Part shown: piece by piece, positions 1 to 10,320 of the stretch
How the letters are laid out: the number at the start of each line of letters is the position of its first letter
Numbering within the stretch: position 1 is the first letter of the stretch
Assembly: GCA_026391215.1 (NCBI GenBank)
Contig: JAPLDX010000047.1
Span: 1-51,211, forward strand
Direction of reading: 5' to 3'
Origin: Bacteroidia bacterium
Lineage (GTDB): Bacteria > Bacteroidota > Bacteroidia > Bacteroidales > VadinHA17
Length of the DNA: 51,211 nt
Translations under genes and position numbers: made by a program
The notes under the pieces: model-generated
Seen by the model: the letters and a program-made list of their open reading frames with translations, nothing else
Database searches by the model: none
Told to the model about the DNA's origin: nothing

Positions 1-171
1 AGCATCTTCAGTTGACCACTTCAGGGAATGTCCGTTCGGATTACCTTTGATCATCCTGTCAGCTTTTTCTTTTGTAGTAGTTGCAACTGTTAAACCGAAT
101 CCGCGTTCCAGCAGAAATTCCACCATTGGCTTTACAACCAGTCCGGCTCCAAGAATCAAAACTTTTTTCAT
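1..171 (-). CDS. Saccharopine dehydrogenase-like NAD(P)-dependent oxidoreductase, N-terminal part (runs off the left edge)
   Basis: Hand translation from ATG at 171: MKKVLILGAGLVVKPMVEFLLERGFGLTVATTTKEKADRMIKG..., with a Rossmann GAG motif; frame is open to base 1. Confidence 0.7.
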   Translation of the reverse strand, partial: MKKVLILGAGLVVKPMVEFLLERGFGLTVATTTKEKADRMIKGNPNGHSLKWSTEDA

Positions 172-243
172 ATCTAACCTGGATTAATTAATTGGGCAAG
201 TTATAAAACTCACACCATAAAAAACATGACTTTTCTCTGTCTG

Positions 244-360
244 CCTCATCCCCCCGGCCCCCTTCTCTCGTTTTTCAACCTCTCCCCCCGACCCCCTCCC
301 CCGGTGAGGGAGGGGGAGTTTTTAAGCCCCTCTCCCCCGGGAGAGGGGTTTGGGGTGAGG
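244..360. repeat. GC-rich nested palindromic intergenic element (REP/CIR-like)
   Basis: Perfect inverted repeats CCCCCTCCC(292-300)/GGGAGGGGG(308-316) and CCCCTCTCCC(327-336)/GGGAGAGGGG(339-348); outer CCTCATCCCC(244-253) is near-complementary to GGGGTGAGG(352-360). Confidence 0.75.
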
Positions 361-373
361 TAAAAAATAATTG

Positions 374-381
374 TATCTTTG
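374..381 (+). promoter_or_regulatory. Bacteroidota -7 promoter box upstream of mutS
   Basis: TATCTTTG matches TAnnTTTG, 42 nt before the mutS ATG. Confidence 0.55.
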
Positions 382-423
382 TTTATGATCTATTAATTAA
401 TTGTCTTCGCCGTCATAATTTCA

Positions 424-3033
424 ATGTCAGAAAATCATAAATATGTCGAAACACCGCTGATGAAGCAGTATTACAGCGTCAAGGCAAAGCATCCTGATGC
501 GATACTTCTTTTCAGAGTAGGTGATTTTTATGAGACATTCGGCGAAGATGCCATCCGTACATCTGAACTACTCGGAATAACTCTGACGCGCAGGGCTAAT
601 GGATCAGCTTCTTTTGTCGAGCTGGCAGGATTTCCTTACCATGCACTTGACATTTATCTTCCCAGGCTGGTAAGGGCAGGGCAGAGGGTTGCTATCTGCG
701 AACAGCTTGAAGATCCGAAACTGGCAAAAAAGATTGTAAAAAGAGGGATCACAGAACTGGTGACTCCCGGGGTTCTATTGAATGAAAATGTTCTTGATCA
801 TAAAGAAAATAATTTCCTGGCAGCAGTACACATAGAAAAGAAAATTGCAGGAGCAGCATTCCTGGATATATCCACCGGCGAGTTCCTTGTCTCGGAAGGT
901 ACTGTGGATTATATAGATCAGATGCTGAATAACTTACAACCTAAAGAGGTGCTTTACGAAAAGAATAAAAAAGATCTTTTTATCGAAAGCTTCGGCACAA
1001 AATTCTATACCTTCAAACTGGATGACTGGATTTTTACACCGGAAGCAGCCAATGACAGGCTTTTGAAACAATTCGAGACAAGCTCGCTTAAAGGATTCGG
1101 CATACAAAATTTGCAATCCGGGATAATTGCTGCAGGCGCCATCCTTCATTATCTTGATATAACCCAGCATGAGCAGCTTGGGCATATCACAACTATATCA
1201 AGGATTGAAGAAGACAGGTATGTATGGCTCGACAAGTTCACCATTAAAAACCTTGAACTGTTCCATTCACCATATGAGGGCGCAAAAACACTAATCGATG
1301 TGATGGACCGGACAATCTCGCCGATGGGAGGGAGGATGCTTAAGCGATGGATCTCACTCCCGCTTAAGGATATTCAGCCTATCAATGAACGACTGGATAT
1401 TGTGGAGCACCTTGTTGAGAATAAAACTTTCAGGGAAGAGATATCAGGACTGATAAGACAGATCGGTGATATTGAAAGACTCATTTCAAAAGTTGCTGTG
1501 AGCAGGATCAATCCGAGGGAGGTCGTGCACCTGAAGAAAGCGCTGAAAGCCATTGAACCTCTTAAATTGCTCTGCAGCCAGAGCGGATGCGCACCTCTTG
1601 TTAAGCTGGCTGAACAGATGAATCCATGTAAATTACTGGCCGACAGGATAGAGCACGATCTTAATAATGATCCTCCTGTTCAGATCAACAGGGGAAACAT
1701 AATTGCAAAGGGAGTTTCTCAGGAGCTTGATGAGCTCAGAACGATACTTTACAGCGGAAAAGATTATCTCACTGATCTCCAGAACCGTGAAAGCCAGCGC
1801 ACCGGGATTACCTCACTGAAAATAAGTTACAATAATGTCTTCGGATATTATATTGAAGTAAGAAATACTCACAAGGATAAAGTTCCTCCTGACTGGATCA
1901 GGAAGCAAACCCTGGTGAATGCTGAACGCTATATTACAGAGGAGCTGAAGGAATATGAAAGTAAAATTTTTGGAGCGGAAGAAAAGATCCTTGACCTGGA
2001 AACAAAATTATTCAATGATCTTGTACTGTCAATAATTGAATATATCCCTCCTGTTCAGCTGAACTCATCCCTGATCGGAAGGCTCGATTGTCTTCAGTCA
2101 TTTGCCGTTCTCTCTGAGGAAAATGACTATGTAAGGCCTGTTCTTGATGATTCAAGGAAAATTGAAATTACTGACGGGCGTCATCCTGTTATTGAGAAAC
2201 AATTGCCTGTTGGCGAATCATATGTTCCGAATGACCTGTTCCTCGACACGGATGATCAGCAGATAATTATTCTTACAGGGCCGAACATGTCAGGGAAATC
2301 CGCTTTACTAAGGCAGACAGCCCTTATCGTGTTGATGGCTCAGACAGGATGCTATGTCCCGGCAAAGGCTGCAAAGATCGGAATCGTGGATAAGATATTT
2401 ACCAGGGTTGGAGCATCTGATAATATAAGCCTTGGAGAGTCCACCTTTATGGTTGAAATGAATGAAACTGCCAGCATCCTTAATAACCTGTCGGACCGGA
2501 GCCTTATTCTGCTTGATTAGATAGGACGGGGAACAAGCACATATGATGGCATATCGATTGCCGGGGCAATGGTTGAGTACCTGCATGAGAACAAGCTGAG
2601 AGCCAAGACTCTGTTTGCAACTCATTATCATGAGCTTAATGAGATGGAAAACTCATTTTCAAGAGTTAAGAACTTCAATATTTCGATAAAGGAGCTGAAT
2701 AACAAAGTCATTTTTCTCAGGAAATTAAAAAGGGGAGGGAGCGAGCACAGCTTTGGGATACATGTGGCAAAAATGGCCGGAATGCCCAGAAGCATTGTGA
2801 ACCGTGCTGATGAGATCCTTAAGGAGCTTGAGCAGAGCCATGAGAAGCAGGAGCTTACAAAACCGATTGCAGATTTAGCAGGTCACAGGGAAGGATTGCA
2901 GCTCAGCATCTTCCAGCTTGATGATCCTGTTCTTAAGCAGATCCGTGATGAAATTCTGGAGATTGATATCGATAACCTGACACCCGTTGAGGCTTTAAAT
3001 AAGCTTTACAACATAAAAAAACTACTTAAATAA
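424..3033 (+). pseudogene. mutS: DNA mismatch repair protein MutS, interrupted by an in-frame TAG at 2518-2520 (nonsense mutation or sequence error)
   Basis: MutS motifs [24 protein letters not shown] and FATHYHEL. The reading frame continues as [15 protein letters not shown], where * replaces the Walker B Glu. ORFs 424-2520 and 2569-3033 are in the same frame. Confidence 0.9.
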
Positions 3034-3050
3034 ATAATAAATAAACATCC

Positions 3051-5834
3051 ATGAAAAGAATTTTTTGCATTGCAGTAATTCTTGTGACATATTTTATGTC
3101 CACTCCCTTAATATTTTCCCAGCCTGGTACAGTAAAGCAGGTGAAGCTGACTCAGTTCGACCTGCAGTCCTCTTCACTGATAAAAGCATCGGGTGAAGAA
3201 ATATCAACAACAGGATACAAATCGAATGTTTACTGGTTCTCTGTTTCAGTCCCTTCAACAGTTCTTTCAGGACTCGTTGCCAACGGTGTTTATCCTGATC
3301 CATATACTGGATTGAACAACATGTATATACCGGATGCATCCGATGAATTTAACAAACAGTACGATCTTGAAAAATTCAGCCATCTTCCGAATGATCCCAA
3401 TCCATGGAAGAAGCCGTACTGGTACCGGACAACATTTAATATTCCTTCAGCAGATAAAGGGAGGAATTTCCAGCTGATATTCAAGGGAATAAACTACAGG
3501 GCAGCCGTCTGGGTTAACGGAAAACAGATTGCAGATTCAACACAAATGGCAGGAATGTTTGCACAGTACAGCCTGGATATAAGCAAATATGTCAAAGCAG
3601 GTGAGGATAATGTCATGGCGGTCAGGATTTACCCTCTTGATTATCCCGGGCTGCCTTCAAAAGAACAATTAGAAGCGCTTGGAGATTTTTACCCGAACGG
3701 AGGACCCACCGGAGACATTGGCAAAAACGTTACCATGCTTTGCTCCGTCGGATGGGACTGGATACCACCTGTCAGAGACCGTAATATAGGGCTCTGGCTT
3801 CCGGTTTACCTGAAGACATCAGGAGGAGTTACATTCAGTGATCCGAAACTTGTAACAGAGCTTCCTCTTCTTCCTGATACAAGTCTCGCAAACCTCTCTC
3901 TGAGCGTAACTTTATTGAATCATAACCAGGAGCAGGAGAATGGCGATCTGAAAGTCACTATTGGACCTGAGAATTTTAAAGGCGCTGTTATAAGGTTTTC
4001 AAAATCAGCATCTATAGCCCCTGACGGATCGCTCAAAATTGACCTCAATAGTGAAAATACAAAGGAACTCGGCATTTCAAATCCCGTACTCTGGTGGCCA
4101 AACGGACATGGAAAGCCAAATCTTTACAGAATGAGGCTTCAGTATGCTGATGCTTCAGGAATTGTCAACGATACATCATTTATTTTCGGGATCAGGACCG
4201 TTGCCTCTAAAGCTGTCCAGGTTAAAGATTTCTGGCGACGCGATTTCTATGTAAATGGTTTCAGGGTCCATCTTGTCGGCGGCGCATGGGTCCCGGATAT
4301 GCTGCTTAACCGTGATTCAGCCAGGTATGATCATGAAATGCACCTGTGCCGCAATGCAAATGTCAACCTGGTAAGGATATGGGGAGGGGGAGTAACACCC
4401 TGTGATGAATTCTTTGAAGCAGCGGACAGATATGGATTGCTCGTATGGTCCGACTTCTGGGTGACAGGAGATACACAGGGCGAATTCAAGGGTTCTCCTG
4501 ACTGGCCCCTTGACGGGGAGATATTTAAAAAGAATGTGGTAAGCACAATATACAGAATACGTAATCATCCCAGCCTCCTGGTATGGACAGGCGGCAATGA
4601 GGGACATGCAAGAAGGGAACTATATGATTTTATGAGGAACAGCATAACAGAGCTGGATGGAACACGTCCATATATTCCCAGTTCATCAGGATTCGCAAGA
4701 CTACCTGAAGGCTTTCCCGGAGCATGGCCCGATAATCTTCCGACGGGCGTCTATAGTGGCGGCCCCTATACATGGCAGGATCCTGCAAGTTATTATACAA
4801 GGGCAATTGACGGAAAAGACTGGGTGTTCAAAGATGAAACGGGAATACCTTCAATGGTCCCATATAACATCCTTCCTAAAATAATCCCGAACCTCGTATG
4901 GGATAAGAAACTTCCTTTCCCCCTTAATAATTCATGGGGTTATCATGATGCAGCCACAGGAAACGGGAAATGGGATATGTACTATAAAGAAATGGTAAAA
5001 AGATATGGGGAACCGTTATCCATGGAAGATTTCTGCGATAAGATGCAGCTGATGAATGCCACAGGTTACCAGGGTATCTTTGAAGCAGCAGGTCATAAGC
5101 TGAATGATATAGGAGGCGTGATGCTGTGGAAGCTGAATGCAGCATTTCCAAGCGTAGTATGGCAGGTGTATGACTGGTACCTTCAGCCAAATGCAGGATA
5201 TTATTTCATGCAGAATGCATGTGAACCGGTTCATATACAACTTAATCTGGCTAACAAGATAGTCACAGTACTTAACAGAACATATATGCCGGTTTCAGGA
5301 CTCACTGCAAATATTGAGGTGTTCAGCACGGAATCAAAATCGCTCTACAAGGATCATGCAGCCATAAACCTTGGTCCTTCAGAGGTTAAGGAGACTTTGT
5401 CGTTAAATAAGCTAATAAAAGAAACAAACGAAATTGCATTTGTTGTTCTGAACCTTGTTAATTCTTCAGGGGAAACGATATCACGAAATACCTACTGGCT
5501 CTCTCCCGATACAGATTTTAAGGCAATGAACAATATGCCGGAATCGGAGGTATTGTTAAGCGTTTTCTCAGGAAACGACCCGCAAAAAGAAAACCAATGG
5601 TCAGTCCGGGTCACAAATAAAAGTGACAAACTGGCTTTCTTTACGAGGGTACAACTGATGTCAGATGGTGAGGAAATACTCCCCAGCTATTGGTCTGGAA
5701 ATTACTTTACACTTACGCCGTCGGAGAAAATCAACGTCACAGTCAGCTGCCCGGAAACTGTAATAAAAGGTAAGAAACTGTACTTACGGGTTTCAGGGTG
5801 GAATATTGAAGCGCAGGAGATTAAATTGAATTAA
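3051..5834 (+). CDS. Secreted glycoside hydrolase family 2, beta-mannosidase/endo-beta-mannosidase-like
   Basis: Signal peptide; GWDWIPPVRDRN, LWWPNGHGKPNLY, RIWGGG and RNHPSLLVWTGGNE (acid/base NE) motifs. Confidence 0.85.
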   Translation: MKRIFCIAVILVTYFMSTPLIFSQPGTVKQVKLTQFDLQSSSLIKASGEEISTTGYKSNVYWFSVSVPSTVLSGLVANGVYPDPYTGLNNMYIPDASDEFNKQYDLEKFSHLPNDPNPWKKPYWYRTTFNIPSADKGRNFQLIFKGINYRAAVWVNGKQIADSTQMAGMFAQYSLDISKYVKAGEDNVMAVRIYPLDYPGLPSKEQLEALGDFYPNGGPTGDIGKNVTMLCSVGWDWIPPVRDRNIGLWLPVYLKTSGGVTFSDPKLVTELPLLPDTSLANLSLSVTLLNHNQEQENGDLKVTIGPENFKGAVIRFSKSASIAPDGSLKIDLNSENTKELGISNPVLWWPNGHGKPNLYRMRLQYADASGIVNDTSFIFGIRTVASKAVQVKDFWRRDFYVNGFRVHLVGGAWVPDMLLNRDSARYDHEMHLCRNANVNLVRIWGGGVTPCDEFFEAADRYGLLVWSDFWVTGDTQGEFKGSPDWPLDGEIFKKNVVSTIYRIRNHPSLLVWTGGNEGHARRELYDFMRNSITELDGTRPYIPSSSGFARLPEGFPGAWPDNLPTGVYSGGPYTWQDPASYYTRAIDGKDWVFKDETGIPSMVPYNILPKIIPNLVWDKKLPFPLNNSWGYHDAATGNGKWDMYYKEMVKRYGEPLSMEDFCDKMQLMNATGYQGIFEAAGHKLNDIGGVMLWKLNAAFPSVVWQVYDWYLQPNAGYYFMQNACEPVHIQLNLANKIVTVLNRTYMPVSGLTANIEVFSTESKSLYKDHAAINLGPSEVKETLSLNKLIKETNEIAFVVLNLVNSSGETISRNTYWLSPDTDFKAMNNMPESEVLLSVFSGNDPQKENQWSVRVTNKSDKLAFFTRVQLMSDGEEILPSYWSGNYFTLTPSEKINVTVSCPETVIKGKKLYLRVSGWNIEAQEIKLN

Positions 5835-5836
5835 AT

Positions 5837-6799
5837 ATGCTGGTACTTGGGATTGACCTGGGAGCTACAAAGCTGGCATCAGCCATCTTTACACGGGAGG
5901 GAAAGCTGCTAAGCAAGGAAACAGCTACCCTCGGAAACCGGACAGGCAGTGATGTAGGGGAACTCATTACAGATCTGATAATCAGGTTAATAGATACAAC
6001 CATACTGGGAGGATCCAGGATAGAATCTATTGGCATCTCTGTCCCGGGTATCAGTCATACAGATTCAGGTACAGTATGGGCGCCAAATATTCCCGGCTGG
6101 GAAAACTACCCTTTGATGGCTGAGGTAAAAGCGGTTTGCAGCGATATACCTGTTACAATCGGCTGTGACAGGACATGCTATATCCTTGGAGAGTTATGGC
6201 AGGGCAATGCACAGGGATGCAGCGATGCTGTGTTCCTGGCAGTTGGAACGGGTATCGGTGCCGGCATAATGGTAAATGGTGAGGTGCTGCGCGGCAGTAA
6301 CGATATTGCAGGCGCAATAGGCTGGCTGGCGCTTGACCGGCCATTCCTGGATCAGTATAAAGGGTGCGGATGTTTTGAGCACTATGCTTCAGGCGAAGGT
6401 ATCGCAAGGATGGCAAGGGCAATTCTGAAAGAGGAAAATACATATGCCGGAGAACTGAAAAATAAGAATCCTGAGGAAATAACGTCCTATGATGTGTTTA
6501 CAGCCTTTGAATACAGGGACCCGGTGGCGGTTAAAGTCATTGATTTATGTATTGAATTCTGGGGAATGGCTGTTGCAAACCTGGTTAGCCTGTTTAATCC
6601 AGAGAAAATAATTATGGGCGGCGGAGTTTTTGGTCCGGCTATACCACTTATACCTGCTATCAGGGAAGAAGCGCTTAAATGGGCACAGCCTGTCAGCATT
6701 TACCAGGTCAGCATTGAACCTTCGGCATTGAGCGGAGAAGCAGGTGTGTATGGGGCGGGATTCCTGGCATTACGATCATTATCAAAGGTTAATATGTAA
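5837..6799 (+). CDS. ROK family sugar kinase
   Basis: GIDLGATK, VGTGIGAG, CGCFEHYASG and NPEKIIMGGG motifs; no N-terminal HTH. Confidence 0.9.
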   Translation: MLVLGIDLGATKLASAIFTREGKLLSKETATLGNRTGSDVGELITDLIIRLIDTTILGGSRIESIGISVPGISHTDSGTVWAPNIPGWENYPLMAEVKAVCSDIPVTIGCDRTCYILGELWQGNAQGCSDAVFLAVGTGIGAGIMVNGEVLRGSNDIAGAIGWLALDRPFLDQYKGCGCFEHYASGEGIARMARAILKEENTYAGELKNKNPEEITSYDVFTAFEYRDPVAVKVIDLCIEFWGMAVANLVSLFNPEKIIMGGGVFGPAIPLIPAIREEALKWAQPVSIYQVSIEPSALSGEAGVYGAGFLALRSLSKVNM

Positions 6800-6810
6800 A
6801 TTATTGAAAG

Positions 6811-7968
6811 ATGCATAGGAAGAAGGTGGTTTTCTGGTCATCATGCCTGGGAATGCTGTTATTCGGTATAGCGCTCATTACCCTTGGCTCCGTGGTCCCT
6901 GACCTGAAAGTGAAGCTGCAGCTCGATGAGATTTCCTCCGGGACACTTTTTTCTATTCTGCCATTCGGGGTGCTGGCAGGATCAATGATCTTCGGACCTG
7001 TAGTTGATAAATACAGTTACAGGATATTGCTTTCCGTATCATGTGTTTTCATGTTTGCAGGTTTCCTGGGAATTGCTGTTACGCAGTCACAGGGACTGCT
7101 AAGGTTTTGTGCCTTCCTGATAGGGTTTGGAGGAGGGGCTGTCAATGGCGCAACCAATGCGCTGGTTGCAGATATCAGCGATAAAGATAAAGGCGCAAAT
7201 TTAAGTCTGCTGGGTGTGTTTTTCGGGATTGGCGCCCTGGGTATGCCTCTGATACTCGGGATACTTAAAGACCATGTCAGCTTTGAAATTATTTTGACGG
7301 CGGTTGCAGTCGTAACGATTATAACAGGCATGATCTTTATGCTGGTAAAATTTCCTCCACCAAAGCAGCCTCATGGTTTCCCGGTAACCCGCAGCTTTAG
7401 GATGCTTAAAGACAATGTATTGATCCTGATAGCATTTTTTCTTTTCTTTCAGAGCAGCTTTGAAGGGATCCTGAATAACTGGACAACAACATATTTTATT
7501 GACCACCTTTCCGTACCTCAAAACAGTGCGCTATATGCGCTTTCTTCATTTGTTGCAGGAATGGTTGTGATGAGGCTGCTTATTGGAAGTGTTCTCAGAT
7601 CACTGTCAGTAAAAAATCTGTTATCGGTGTCGTTTATACTGATCCTTGCAGGTCTGATCTTCTTAAGATCAGCCACTTCCCTGACATTCGCTGTTGCCGG
7701 ATTAGTATTACTTGGTGCGGGACTTGCCGCCGGGTTCCCGGTAATGCTGGGACTGGTTGGTGAACGTTATGCAGAACTCTCGGGAACGGCATTCAGCCTT
7801 GTCCTGTTTATTGCATTGACAGGCAATATGATAATAAATTATATGATGGGAATAATTGCCAGAAATTCAGGGATACATCACCTGACAACTGTAGCTTTTG
7901 CAGAATTTTTCTTAATGATACTGTTGAGTATATTTATCTTCAGTAAAACAAAAAGGACAAATAAATAA
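6811..7968 (+). CDS. MFS transporter, probable sugar permease
   Basis: About 12 hydrophobic segments; GPVVDKYSYR resembles MFS motif A; lies within the sugar operon. Confidence 0.85.
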   Translation: MHRKKVVFWSSCLGMLLFGIALITLGSVVPDLKVKLQLDEISSGTLFSILPFGVLAGSMIFGPVVDKYSYRILLSVSCVFMFAGFLGIAVTQSQGLLRFCAFLIGFGGGAVNGATNALVADISDKDKGANLSLLGVFFGIGALGMPLILGILKDHVSFEIILTAVAVVTIITGMIFMLVKFPPPKQPHGFPVTRSFRMLKDNVLILIAFFLFFQSSFEGILNNWTTTYFIDHLSVPQNSALYALSSFVAGMVVMRLLIGSVLRSLSVKNLLSVSFILILAGLIFLRSATSLTFAVAGLVLLGAGLAAGFPVMLGLVGERYAELSGTAFSLVLFIALTGNMIINYMMGIIARNSGIHHLTTVAFAEFFLMILLSIFIFSKTKRTNK

Positions 7969-7985
7969 CTATAAAACAATTGATT

Positions 7986-8747
7986 ATGTTAGCAACACAA
8001 TGGCTTGATAATGTACGGGGGATAATGACCCGGATAGAAGAGACACAGATAGATAATATCAGGAAGGCTGCGGAGGCAATGGCAGATACTATTGAATGCA
8101 AGCGCTGGGTCCATACTTTCGGATGCGGTCACGCTACAATTCCTGTTGAGGAAATGTATCCGCGCATCGGAGGTTTTGTAGGATTTCATCCAATGATCGA
8201 GCTGCCGCTTACATTTTTTACGCGTATTACAGGCGAAATGGGAGTGCATCAGTTTATTTTTCTTGAGCGTGTTGAAGGATATGGGGTAGAGATCATGAAA
8301 GGTTACGATTTTGATAAACGTGATGTCATGTGGCTTTTCTCACATTCAGGAGTAAACAATGTAAATATTGACATAGCTCTGGAATCCCGTAAAAAAGGAA
8401 TGAAGGTGATTGTATTTGGTTCTGCTGCCGAAGCCAAAGGCAAAAAGACCAGGCACTCAAGCGGGAAAACGATATTTGACCTGGCAGATATAGTTGTTGA
8501 TACCTGCGCTCCTTTACAGGACGCCTCGGTAAATCTTAAGAACCATGTCGATAAAATAGGCCCGGTATCATCAATGGCATTTATAACATGTGTTTGGATG
8601 ACAATAACCACGGTGGCAGAAATACTTGCCGACAGAGGTGTTAAGCTGTACATCCACCCATCACATAATGTCCAGGGTGACGGGAATGAAAGAATACGTC
8701 TTGATGAAGCTCTGGCCGAATATAAACGGAGGATTACAGGAGTATAG
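7986..8747 (+). CDS. SIS-domain phosphosugar isomerase family protein
   Basis: HTFGCGH, FSHSGVN and LADIVVDT SIS motifs; ATG 7986 chosen (in-frame TTG at 7980). Confidence 0.8.
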   Translation: MLATQWLDNVRGIMTRIEETQIDNIRKAAEAMADTIECKRWVHTFGCGHATIPVEEMYPRIGGFVGFHPMIELPLTFFTRITGEMGVHQFIFLERVEGYGVEIMKGYDFDKRDVMWLFSHSGVNNVNIDIALESRKKGMKVIVFGSAAEAKGKKTRHSSGKTIFDLADIVVDTCAPLQDASVNLKNHVDKIGPVSSMAFITCVWMTITTVAEILADRGVKLYIHPSHNVQGDGNERIRLDEALAEYKRRITGV

Positions 8748-8851
8748 GAAAAGGGTTTTCAACGTTAAGATTCTTAAGATCTTTCATCTGTTCTTCATGT
8801 TTGAATTATTTCTTTGTGACAGTTATTATGCAAAGAAATAACCTCTTAAAT

Positions 8852-9700
8852 ATGAAGAACAACAAATCCAATATTCGTTTATTCCTTGCCGGGGCAATGG
8901 CAGTAATATCCTCATTTACTCTTTCAGCACAGGAAGATGCGACCTCAGATCATGCCCTTTATACGAGCCTCGGACTTGGGAACAACATGGTTTATATGGG
9001 TTCCTCAATATCAGGCGATAAACCTTATTATTTCGGGAGTCTGACCTATGGCTTCAAAGAAAAGCTATATGCGTCAGTATCATCTTTTCATTTATCAGCA
9101 TTTGATCCGTTTCTGGCTTTTAATACATTCTCTTTGAATTACAGCCATACTGTTAATTCATGGTTTGACCTGTCAGCCGGAGTATCAAGATACCAGGTTA
9201 ATAGTGAATTGACTGATACTCTGTTCAATCGCTTTTTCTATGGAGACCTTACACTTGGATTTGACTGGAAGATCCTTTACACAAAACTCTCGGCCGGAGG
9301 TGTATTCTCGGAATCTTCCGGTCTCTATTTACAGATGAGGAACTCCAGATATTTCCAGACTCCTCAGTTCTTTAACGATAAGGCATATATCTCATTTGAC
9401 CCGAATGTGAACATGTTGTTTGGGACACTCACTGAAACAACAACTTCCAGCGGGACCACAACAGGAGTAACACAACCTTTCAGCTCCAAAAAAAGTTCAG
9501 GTAAAAATCCTTCCGGAACAACCACTAAAGAATTCTTCAGCCTTATGGAGGTTGATCTGGGTGTCCCGGTTGCTTTTAATATGGGAAGGGTGACCGTTGA
9601 AGTTGATCCCGGATTTATAATCCCGTTATATTCCGACACGGATCCTTTAAATCCAAAAGGATTCTCTCTTCTGCTGAGCTGCTACGTGAAGATTTTTTAA
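8852..9700 (+). CDS. Hypothetical outer-membrane beta-barrel protein
   Basis: Signal peptide, alternating aromatic beta-strand pattern and C-terminal Phe (YVKIF); start uncertain (8828 or 8852). Confidence 0.6.
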   Translation: MKNNKSNIRLFLAGAMAVISSFTLSAQEDATSDHALYTSLGLGNNMVYMGSSISGDKPYYFGSLTYGFKEKLYASVSSFHLSAFDPFLAFNTFSLNYSHTVNSWFDLSAGVSRYQVNSELTDTLFNRFFYGDLTLGFDWKILYTKLSAGGVFSESSGLYLQMRNSRYFQTPQFFNDKAYISFDPNVNMLFGTLTETTTSSGTTTGVTQPFSSKKSSGKNPSGTTTKEFFSLMEVDLGVPVAFNMGRVTVEVDPGFIIPLYSDTDPLNPKGFSLLLSCYVKIF

Positions 9701-9788
9701 TCGTTTTTTCTGGAAATTCATAAATACTTCATTTTCACTAATATATTTTTGAACTGTTGACTTGAAAATAATGTTAAATCACACTAAG

Positions 9789-10199
9789 ATGAAAAGGAAA
9801 ATTTTATTTGCTGCCATTGCTCTTTTAATAAGCGCAGGCATCACAGCACAAACACAGACTAAGACTGGAACGCAGACAAAGACCAAGACTGAAGCTGGCG
9901 TACAAACCCAGACCAAGACTCAAACTGGAGAACAAACCAAGTACAAGAATCAGGGTCAGATGACCAGCGCTCAGAAACACGCAAGGAACGAGGAAAGAAA
10001 AGCCCAGAAGCGTGCTCAGAAAGAGGCTAAAAAACAGGCTAAAACTCAGGCTAAAACGCAAACCCAGACACAGGAAGGCATTCAGACCCAGGAAAAGGCA
10101 ATGACAAAGACAGCCACCCGGAATAAGGGAACAAACGCAGGTACCCCGGCAAAAAATGCTGCAAAGGTATCAAAAGGCGTTCCGGCAGGAAAGAAGTAA
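9789..10199 (+). CDS. Secreted low-complexity Q/T/K/A-rich basic protein
   Basis: Signal peptide MKRKILFAAIALLISAGITA followed by TQTK/TQTQ and QKxA repeats; terminator follows. Confidence 0.7.
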   Translation: MKRKILFAAIALLISAGITAQTQTKTGTQTKTKTEAGVQTQTKTQTGEQTKYKNQGQMTSAQKHARNEERKAQKRAQKEAKKQAKTQAKTQTQTQEGIQTQEKAMTKTATRNKGTNAGTPAKNAAKVSKGVPAGKK

Positions 10200-10216
10200 T
10201 TGCCCCGTGAGGCCAC

Positions 10217-10256
10217 AAAACCCTGCAAATCTTATATTTGCGGGGTTTTTGTTTTT
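10217..10256 (+). terminator. Rho-independent terminator
   Basis: Stem AAAACCCTGCAAAT / ATTTGCGGGGTTTT followed by a T-run, just after the stop at 10199. Confidence 0.8.
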
Positions 10257-10320
10257 AAAATAACAGCGAATTGGCATTGACCTCCGGAATATGTAATTTT
10301 GAAGGACATGTTTATTGCTA

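Noticed and set aside
2518-2520. TAG reassignment or readthrough (alternative genetic code, pyrrolysine) explaining the mutS stop
   Set aside because: TAG is a real stop here: kdpE-1 ends RFGN-TAG exactly where its paralogue ends RFGN-TAA, and kup, the SIS gene and the acyl-CoA ligase also end in TAG. No other long gene has an internal TAG.
3051-5834. Exo-beta-D-glucosaminidase (CsxA) assignment for the GH2
   Set aside because: It has the canonical NE acid/base motif rather than the Asp of CsxA, so the substrate is left open.
9848-10130. Short tandem-like DNA repeats (possible CRISPR or VNTR)
   Set aside because: They are degenerate codon-level repeats of a low-complexity protein, with no constant repeat-spacer structure and no cas genes.
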